Of a DNA stretch of 32,000 nt, positions 10,855 through 17,267 are shown piece by piece. A program made the translations under genes and the position numbers. Each line of letters starts with the position of its first letter. Positions within the stretch are counted from its first letter, which is position 1. This DNA comes from Edaphobacter aggregans (GTDB taxonomy: Bacteria > Acidobacteriota > Terriglobia > Terriglobales > Acidobacteriaceae): contig NZ_RSDW01000001.1 in assembly GCF_003945235.1 (NCBI RefSeq), positions 690,001-722,000 on the forward strand, in the 5' to 3' direction. Below the pieces are notes generated by a model. That model saw only the letters and a program-made list of their open reading frames with translations, ran no database searches and was not told the DNA's origin.

Positions 10855-11874
10855 TCAGCGCTCAAGCAACTTAAGAGCATTCTCCCTGTACACCTTCCGC
10901 AAAACCTCATCCGGCAAAAATATCCCATAAATATTCCACCGCCCTTGCCGCGAGGTATGTGATGGATACTCGAAATATTCGTCCGCTGTCTCGAAGAACC
11001 GATAGTGCAACCGATACATCTCGATCGTCGGTACAAGATCAGTACCAAACACGATCCGATCCGGATATCGCAGAAAGAACTCACGCGCCGTATACGGCTG
11101 CCGACCCAATTCTGGGGTCCGAGAGCTCATATCAACGCACACATTTGGATAGCTATCCAGCATCTTGCTCACGAAGGCCAGATCCTCGGGGCTCTCCCCC
11201 ATATGCGCCCCAACAAACGTCGTCCGCGGATGCCGTCCGAACACCACATTTCGCTGCTCCAGCAACTCTCGCTTGCCCACCGGACTTCCCTGAAATCCCC
11301 ACTCAGGATGCGCCGCTAGCTCCTCATACCTTTCATTCGCAGCATCGATCGGTCGAAAGAACGCAGCTGGATCTGCGGTATGGAACATCACCGGAAGCTT
11401 CCAGTCCGCGGCCTTCTCGAAGATCGGCGCAAAGCGCTCATCGTCGACGCTCAGCAGCTTGCCCTCAGCATCTCGTACGGTTAGTCCAAAATCCTTCCAG
11501 AACTTGATCCCACACACCCCATGCTCGACGAGCCGTTCCAGCCGATCCAGCGTAACAGCAACGAAATCATCGCGCTCAACCCCGGTCCAATCCATCCACC
11601 CCATCGTGGCAAACCGATCCTTATCAGCCATGTGAAACTTCCGGATCGATTCAAGGGCCGCGTCTCCAGTCAGCATTGTGATGTTCACAATCTTCTCGAC
11701 ACCGCACGCGTCCATAATGCGCAGCATCTCTGTAGGGTCCTGCGAATCAAGATGATTATGATAATCAATCACAGGAAACCGCGGCTTCTCGACCATATGC
11801 TCCGTCGTCCGCAACTCCGATACCGGATGAAAATCACTCAGGCGAAGATCCACCCTCGCCTCGGCGTTCATCAT
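10855..11874 (-). CDS. Amidohydrolase-family (TIM-barrel metal-dependent hydrolase) protein
   Basis: The motifs PVIDYHNHL (metal-binding HxH), FHTADP and VFGTDL fit the amidohydrolase_2 family. The start was moved to the tandem ATG ATG at 11874. The first 100 codons of the track ORF look non-proteinaceous and would overlap the divergent MFS start. Confidence 0.8.
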   Translation of the reverse strand: MMNAEARVDLRLSDFHPVSELRTTEHMVEKPRFPVIDYHNHLDSQDPTEMLRIMDACGVEKIVNITMLTGDAALESIRKFHMADKDRFATMGWMDWTGVERDDFVAVTLDRLERLVEHGVCGIKFWKDFGLTVRDAEGKLLSVDDERFAPIFEKAADWKLPVMFHTADPAAFFRPIDAANERYEELAAHPEWGFQGSPVGKRELLEQRNVVFGRHPRTTFVGAHMGESPEDLAFVSKMLDSYPNVCVDMSSRTPELGRQPYTAREFFLRYPDRIVFGTDLVPTIEMYRLHYRFFETADEYFEYPSHTSRQGRWNIYGIFLPDEVLRKVYRENALKLLER

Positions 11875-12121
11875 CGCTACAAACTTGTCTTTGATCTGCA
11901 CCTTGCGATCCAGTGTACTGCCCTCCACATCCCGCGATGCACTGCACAAACCAAGCTCCGACCTCCACCGAATGCCGATTCTCACAGACACATACGCTGT
12001 GGTATCGTGAGCGGATGGTTGGCCAGCCCAACCTTTCCCGAAGGAGCACCAGCAACGGAGAGCCCTATTTCCCGGTGAATCCATCCACCGCGTGATATAG
12101 AGTTGCAACTGTAATTTCCCT

Positions 12122-13936
12122 ATGGCCCATATCGTTTCGCACTCCGCGCCCTCGTCCGCTGTCCCCGACATCAAGCCCAGCTACAACCGTTTCCTTCTGC
12201 TCGTCGCCGGACTGGGCGGCCTCCTCTACGGAGTGGACGTAGGCATCATCGGCGGCGCGCTGCCCTATCTCGAAGCGACCTCGCACCTTAACGCCGGCCA
12301 GCTCTCTGTCATCGTCGCCGCCGTCCTTCTGGGTAGCGTCTTCTCGACACTCTTCGCCGGCCTGCTCGCCGACTGGATGGGCCGCAAGCCCCTGATGGTC
12401 CTCAGCGGCATTACCTTCGTCTTGAGCATCCCTGTCATAGCCCTCGCCCACGGCTACGGACCGCTCTTCTTCGGACGGCTCCTGCAGGGCATCAGCGGCG
12501 GCCTCATCGGAGTCGTTGTTCCTCTTTACCTTGCAGAGTGCCTCTCGGCGGCGCATCGCGGCAAAGGCACCGGCATCTTCCAGTGGCTGTTGACCTTGGG
12601 CATCGTCGCCGCAGCCATCATTGGCATCTATTACAGCTACCGCGTCGAAGCTGTCGGACGGATCTCCGACGCCGCCACTCTCTTCGCCTTCAAGGACCAG
12701 GCCTGGCGCCGCATCTTCTGGGTCTCGCTTCCACCCGGGCTCCTCTTCGTCCTCGGTAGCCTCTTTGTCTCCGAATCTCCGCGCTGGCTGCTTGCACGCG
12801 GCAAAAAAGACCTTGCCCACGCCGCGCTCCTTCGCTCCCGCTCAACGGAACAGGCCGACCTCGAACTGCGCGAGATGGAAGAGGCCGCCCTCGCAGCCAC
12901 ATCCTCCGGGAACTCGAGCGGGAAAGCTGTGAAGGATACCCTCCTTCGTCGCAAATACGTCATCCCCTTCATCCTGGCCTGCATCATCCTCTTCTGCAAC
13001 ACCGCGACCGGCATCAACTCCATCATTGGCTACAACACCAGCATCCTGCTGCAGAGCGGTCTCTCGGACATCCGCGCCCACTGGGGCTACGTCATCTTCA
13101 CCGTCATCAATTTCTTGATGACCCTGGTCGGCATGACGCTCGTCGATCGCAAGGGACGCAAATTTCTGCTGACCCTCGGTACCTCCGGAATCATCGTCTC
13201 CCTCATCACCGTAGCCCTGCTGTTCCGCACTACGGAGAAATTCAACATCGACTCCAGTGGCGCAGTTCAATCACTCGTTGCTCCCGACCAGACCCTGACC
13301 CTTCCCTTCGACGGAGCTCAGGCCCAGCGCCTCCTCGCCGCGCAGGGATACTCCGGCAGCGAGATCGACAGCAGTCGCGCCTCCCTTGCCGTCATCTACT
13401 CCTTCGGTGACTTCACCTGCGCCACCAGCTACGTCCGCTCAGACGACCGCGGCGCCGCTCCCATCCAGATCAACCGCGAGGGCTGCGTCCCAGCCAACAA
13501 AGTCGAAGCCATCTTCAAAAACCCCTTCGCCAATCTCGAAGCCGCGCGTACTGCGCCCCTCAAAATTGAGCGTGCGCTCATAGGCAGCGTCCCCAACTCA
13601 ACTCACGGTTGGCTCGTCGCCCTCGGCCTCTACTCCTTCATGGCCTTCTTCGCGATCGGCCCAGGCGTCTGTGTCTGGCTCGCCCTCTCAGAACTGATGC
13701 CCACACGCATCCGCTCGAACGGCATGAGCATCGCGCTCGTCATTAACCAAATCGTTTCAACCACGCTAGCCGGCATCTTCCTTCCCGTCGTCAGCAAGTA
13801 CGGTTATTCGACGATGTTCTTCCTCTTCGCGAGCTTCACGGTTATCTATCTGATCACCGCAGTCTTCTTCCTGCCCGAGACCAAGGGCAAGACCCTCGAA
13901 GAGATCGAGCTTCACTTTGAAGGGGCAGGGGTTTAG
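12122..13936 (+). CDS. MFS transporter, sugar porter family, with a large inserted periplasmic loop
   Basis: 604 aa with sugar-porter signatures GLLADWMGRKP, PESPRWL, VDRKGRK and PETKGKTLEEIE. About 128 extra residues lie between predicted TM9 and TM10. Confidence 0.88.
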   Translation: MAHIVSHSAPSSAVPDIKPSYNRFLLLVAGLGGLLYGVDVGIIGGALPYLEATSHLNAGQLSVIVAAVLLGSVFSTLFAGLLADWMGRKPLMVLSGITFVLSIPVIALAHGYGPLFFGRLLQGISGGLIGVVVPLYLAECLSAAHRGKGTGIFQWLLTLGIVAAAIIGIYYSYRVEAVGRISDAATLFAFKDQAWRRIFWVSLPPGLLFVLGSLFVSESPRWLLARGKKDLAHAALLRSRSTEQADLELREMEEAALAATSSGNSSGKAVKDTLLRRKYVIPFILACIILFCNTATGINSIIGYNTSILLQSGLSDIRAHWGYVIFTVINFLMTLVGMTLVDRKGRKFLLTLGTSGIIVSLITVALLFRTTEKFNIDSSGAVQSLVAPDQTLTLPFDGAQAQRLLAAQGYSGSEIDSSRASLAVIYSFGDFTCATSYVRSDDRGAAPIQINREGCVPANKVEAIFKNPFANLEAARTAPLKIERALIGSVPNSTHGWLVALGLYSFMAFFAIGPGVCVWLALSELMPTRIRSNGMSIALVINQIVSTTLAGIFLPVVSKYGYSTMFFLFASFTVIYLITAVFFLPETKGKTLEEIELHFEGAGV

Positions 13937-14071
13937 TTCGGAACGCTGCATCTCACCCACAGCGACGCGACAAAAGTCCTACTCCTACGCGGCTGCAAGC
14001 ATGAGCTCGTACAAGTCGGCTGATCCCGTGCCCGCAAAGCGTTGGGTCCCTCCTGCAGAGCCCGTCATGCT

Positions 14072-14101
14072 ACAAAAAGGAGCCAGGCATTGGCCTGGCT
14101 C
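14072..14101 (-). terminator. Intrinsic terminator of small-peptide gene copy 1
   Basis: 9-bp stem GAGCCAGGC (14080-14088) / GCCTGGCTC (14093-14101) with a 4-nt loop, followed on the minus strand by CTTTTTGT. A second hairpin (CCCGCTG 14113-14119 / CAGCGGG 14132-14138) lies between it and the stop codon. Confidence 0.7.
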
Positions 14102-14152
14102 TATGGGGAAATCCCGCTGCCTCATGAAGGACAGCGGGCACAACCTCCGACA

Positions 14153-14245
14153 CTAACGGGTTGATGAGAAGCGGAACTGATCGCGGATCTGAATGAGTGC
14201 GATAACGGCAAGAGCAACCATGGCGGGCGAAAACAATAGATACAT
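14153..14245 (-). CDS. Small hydrophobic membrane peptide, 30 aa (paralog 1); not in the ORF track
   Basis: The minus-strand translation is MYLLFSPAMVALAVIALIQIRDQFRFSSTR*. An SD (GAGGAG) lies 7 nt upstream of the ATG, and a dedicated terminator follows. It is 23/30 identical to the copy at 15467-15559, and most nucleotide differences are synonymous. Confidence 0.75.
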   Translation of the reverse strand: MYLLFSPAMVALAVIALIQIRDQFRFSSTR

Positions 14246-14303
14246 AGCAGTTCTCCTCTTTTGCGAAATGTGAAATGTAAGCTTGGTGTTTGTGATTCCC
14301 TGC

Positions 14304-14335
14304 TGCGGAGGAAACGGCAAATGCCAGCCTCCGCA
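14304..14335 (-). promoter_or_regulatory. Conserved hairpin upstream of small-peptide gene copy 1 (also 3' of the PEP-CTERM gene)
   Basis: 8-bp stem TGCGGAGG (14304-14311) / CCTCCGCA (14328-14335) with a 16-nt loop and no U-tract. Its proximal end is 58 nt upstream of the peptide ATG. A counterpart sits at the same distance in copy 2. Confidence 0.4.
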
Positions 14336-14356
14336 ACAGGCCTCAGTCGCAATTAC

Positions 14357-14977
14357 CTATGCGCGAACCAGTTTCCGGCGAACCACGCCCCCCAGACCCA
14401 CCAGTCCCGATCCCAACAACAGCAGGCTCGACGGCTCCGGCGTCGGTGCAAGCCCGATCATCTCCTGCGGAAGGCCCAACCCACGGCCATCAGCAATGTC
14501 GTTTCCGGTCGGGATATAGAAGTTGTAGTCGTCCAGGAACGAGCTCGTGTAGCCGCCGAACGAGTAAGCGTTGCTCACCAGGGTCGAGGCATACGAATCC
14601 GTGTTCGCACCATGGTCAAAGATGTACCAAAGTGCTTCCTGAACATCGGTGGCGTTGTAGGTATGACCATGACCATTCGAAACCCCAAGCATGCTGTAGA
14701 TGTAAGCCTCTTCCTCATACTTGAAGCCGGTTGAGCTCTTAGAGGAGTTCAGATAGGCATCGCCGTTCACGATGTTTACCTGCCAGGACTCTCCAACCTG
14801 GACCTCCCGCTGGTCATCGAGGCAAAACAGGCTCACTGGCGTCGTTCCATCGAGTTGCAACTGATACGGGCCAGTCTGTCCGGTCGCGGCTCCGACCATC
14901 TTCAGCGTGTCAGCCTTTGCTGAACCAGAGAACAACGCAAGACAGATAGCAGGCAAAAGATAAGCAATTTTCTTCAC
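14357..14977 (-). CDS. PEP-CTERM sorting domain-containing secreted protein
   Basis: The C-terminus PTPEPSSLLLLGSGLVGLGGVVRRKLVRA shows the PEP motif, a TM helix and a basic tail. The start was set to the GTG at 14977, which has AAGGAGAA 5 nt upstream. That gives the signal peptide VKKIAYLLPAICLALFSGSAKA. Confidence 0.85.
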   Translation of the reverse strand: MKKIAYLLPAICLALFSGSAKADTLKMVGAATGQTGPYQLQLDGTTPVSLFCLDDQREVQVGESWQVNIVNGDAYLNSSKSSTGFKYEEEAYIYSMLGVSNGHGHTYNATDVQEALWYIFDHGANTDSYASTLVSNAYSFGGYTSSFLDDYNFYIPTGNDIADGRGLGLPQEMIGLAPTPEPSSLLLLGSGLVGLGGVVRRKLVRA

Positions 14978-15408
14978 TTCGTTTCTCCTTGCTCGCCGTG
15001 CGAGCGTTTGTTCCAAAGTGTCCATTCATCTGGTCTGCTTTGCCGTCGTTGTAACCGCGGCCTCGACTCACCGATTGAACACTCTGCTTTCACGAACACA
15101 CGGCTTCGCGAAAGAATCCATAGTTCTGGCCACGCGTCCATTCAGAAGATTGGGCGCCACAGCCGCTTCCATTGCTTTGCTGGTGCACTATCCCTTATTG
15201 CAAGCAAGAGGCCATTCGCAAAATTTTGCATATTCGCAGAAGAAACGCCGTTTTCAGCTGGGCAGGACGTTCGGTGTACCAAAAAGCGACATCGTAGACA
15301 AAGCGATTGCCCTCCCCAGAGGCAAAAGTTTTCCCTCGCGTTTCCCCTGATAAGTATTTCGCTTCACACACTTACGGAACGAAGCCGAATCTCCAAACAA
15401 CTCGTACG

Positions 15409-15440
15409 CCAAAAAAAAGCCAGGCTAAAAAGCCTGGCTT
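15409..15440 (-). terminator. Intrinsic (potentially bidirectional) terminator of small-peptide gene copy 2
   Basis: 10-bp stem AAGCCAGGCT (15417-15426) / AGCCTGGCTT (15431-15440) with a 4-nt loop. The plus strand has an A8 run (15411-15418), which is a U8 tract on the minus strand, and TT follows on the plus strand. The stem sequence is homologous to the copy-1 terminator. Confidence 0.8.
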
Positions 15441-15466
15441 TTACAAACTTTAAAACTGACCGATCT

Positions 15467-15559
15467 TTAACGAGGAGACGAAAAGCGAAATTGATCCCGA
15501 AGCTGGATCAGAGCAATAACAGTGAGAGCAGCGAAGGCAGGCGTGAAAAATAGATACAT
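15467..15559 (-). CDS. Small hydrophobic membrane peptide, 30 aa (paralog 2); not in the ORF track
   Basis: The minus-strand translation is MYLFFTPAFAALTVIALIQLRDQFRFSSPR*. An SD (AAGGGGA) lies 6 nt upstream of the ATG, and a strong terminator follows 26 nt after the stop. Paralog of 14153-14245. Confidence 0.75.
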   Translation of the reverse strand: MYLFFTPAFAALTVIALIQLRDQFRFSSPR

Positions 15560-15615
15560 GGTGATTCCCCTTTGCGAAAAGATGAATGAACTTCAGTACT
15601 GCATTTGTTTCCCCA

Positions 15616-15645
15616 TTGCGAAGGAGTTGTACAACCCCGCCGCAA
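15616..15645 (-). promoter_or_regulatory. Conserved imperfect hairpin/palindrome upstream of small-peptide gene copy 2
   Basis: The plus strand reads TTGCGAAGGAGTTGTACAACCCCGCCGCAA. Outer arms TTGCG/CGCAA enclose the perfect palindrome GTTGTACAAC. The proximal end is 56 nt upstream of the ATG, matching the position of the copy-1 hairpin. Confidence 0.4.
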
Positions 15646-16076
15646 CAAGCTCTTCAGAATCTCGCCTTCCTCGAAAACACTCCGGGAAGACTCCCTTACT
15701 TGTTATCACGTAACCCGGCTCGTTTAAAGCCCAAGCATGGTAACCACTTTGATTACAAGCTGATACAGCATAGTTACCAGCAAATAAGCGGCCATTTGCG
15801 AATATGCAGATTTCAAGGGAGAATCGCTGTTTTTAGCCTGGAGAGTGACCCAACTATGCAAAACAAGTCGCATTTTGGGAAAACTATTATCTACTGCAAA
15901 ATGGCAAAGATTTTCCCACATGCAGCAACTTGCACGCACAACCCTGCGCCCACATACGCAAGAAAATGCAAGGCGGCTACTTCAGAAAGGCAATTAGGGG
16001 ATGCCGAAAAGTAGGTCCTTCAAGGGCCGCTGAAACCTCAGCGCAACGAAACATCGCCCGGGCTAAAGTCGAACCT

Positions 16077-17228
16077 TTAAACCGCAACCGTGAACGTATC
16101 CTCGCTCCGTGTCACCGCGCGATACATCGTGTCCCGCTCGAAAGGCTCTCGTCCAGCCTCTGTAATCAGCCGAACCAGATCCTTCCTTCGCATGCCCTGC
16201 GGGGTAGTCGCTCCCGCATCGTGATAGATCTTCTCCTCGACAACCGTGCCATCGATGTCATCAGCGCCGAACCGCAGCGAGATCTGCGCCATCTTTGGCG
16301 AGACCATCTGCCAATAGCTCTTGATGTGCGAAAAGTTATCCAGCATCAACCGGCCCACCGCAATCTGCTTCATATCGAGCATCCCGGTCGTCCGCGGAAT
16401 ATGCGCCAACGCCGTATTGTCCGGATGAAACGCCAGCGGAATAAATGTCTGGAATCCGCCTGTCTCATCCTGCACCGCCCGAAGCTTCAACAGATGGTCG
16501 ACGCGATCCTCATCGTTCTCGACGTGCCCGTAAAGCATCGTCGCATTCGACCGAAGCCCGATCTTGTGCGCCGTCCGAGCCGTATCCAACCATTCGCTAC
16601 CGTCGATCTTGTGGTCGCAGATGATATGCCGGATCCGGTCAGCAAAGATCTCCGCGCCGCCACCCGGCAACGAGTCCACGCCGGCCTCCTTCATCCGCTC
16701 CAGCGTCTGGGCAATCGTCATCTTGCCGCGTTTGGCCAAAAACGCCACCTCCACCATGGTGAACGCTTTGATATGTACCTTCGGAAACCGCTCCTTCAAC
16801 CCGCGCACCAAGTCCATGAAGTATTCGAAAGGAAGGTCAGGATGCAGTCCGCCGACAATATGAAACTCGGTCACCGCCTCCGAGTAGCCAGAGGCCGCAG
16901 TCTCCCACGCCTCCTCAAGAGCCATCGTATATGTCCCAGCCTCGCCCTTCTTCCGCCCAAACGCACACAACCTGCAAGACGCCACGCAGACGTTGGTCGG
17001 ATTGATATGCCGGTTCACATTGAAGTAAGCCGTGTTCCCATGCAGTCGTTCGCGCACGAGGTTCGCCAGCCAACCCACCGCCAGGATGTCTCCGCTGCGA
17101 TAGAGAGCCACGCCATCCTCAAAGCTGAGCCGCTCCCCTGCTTCCACCTTTGCCGCAATCGGCAAAAGCGCCTTGTCGTCTGTCTGGAAGGAGTGTCGTG
17201 GGCGCGTGCTCTTCGATTCAAAGCTCAT
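16077..17228 (-). CDS. mqnE: Radical SAM menaquinone-biosynthesis enzyme of the futalosine pathway (aminofutalosine synthase MqnE; MqnC not excluded)
   Basis: 383 aa with the radical-SAM cluster motif CVASCRLCAF (CxxxCxxC) preceded by YFNVNRHINPTNVC. It also carries GGGAEIF, SNATMLYGHVE and QDETGGFQTFIPLAFHPDNT, typical of the MqnE/MqnC/CofH family. The MqnE versus MqnC call rests on recalled motif differences only. Confidence 0.8.
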   Translation of the reverse strand: MSFESKSTRPRHSFQTDDKALLPIAAKVEAGERLSFEDGVALYRSGDILAVGWLANLVRERLHGNTAYFNVNRHINPTNVCVASCRLCAFGRKKGEAGTYTMALEEAWETAASGYSEAVTEFHIVGGLHPDLPFEYFMDLVRGLKERFPKVHIKAFTMVEVAFLAKRGKMTIAQTLERMKEAGVDSLPGGGAEIFADRIRHIICDHKIDGSEWLDTARTAHKIGLRSNATMLYGHVENDEDRVDHLLKLRAVQDETGGFQTFIPLAFHPDNTALAHIPRTTGMLDMKQIAVGRLMLDNFSHIKSYWQMVSPKMAQISLRFGADDIDGTVVEEKIYHDAGATTPQGMRRKDLVRLITEAGREPFERDTMYRAVTRSEDTFTVAV

Positions 17229-17267
17229 AGTACGATTCTATCCTCCGCGGCCATTCCCGTGAGACTC

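Noticed and set aside
11875-12174. N-terminal 100-codon extension of the amidohydrolase ORF as given in the track (start 12174)
   Set aside because: The extension has a non-protein-like sequence (W/C-rich) and would overlap the divergent MFS gene start at 12122. Homologous amidohydrolases begin about 35 residues before the HxH motif, which matches the ATG ATG at 11874.
14070-14352. Track ORFs 14070-14336 (-, 88 aa) and 14122-14352 (-, 76 aa) overlapping the copy-1 mini-gene in other frames
   Set aside because: They have no SD, run through two hairpins and the terminator, and have no counterpart at the copy-2 locus. The 30-codon frame is conserved between the two copies.
15008-16014. Plus-strand ORFs 15008-15553 (181 aa), 15018-15350 (110 aa) and 15586-16014 (142 aa), and minus-strand ORF 15724-15939 (71 aa), in the long intergenic DNA
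   Set aside because: None has an SD or recognisable motifs, and the amino-acid composition is odd (R/K/S/C-rich). The first runs antisense across the conserved mini-gene and through a strong terminator. They are treated as non-coding.
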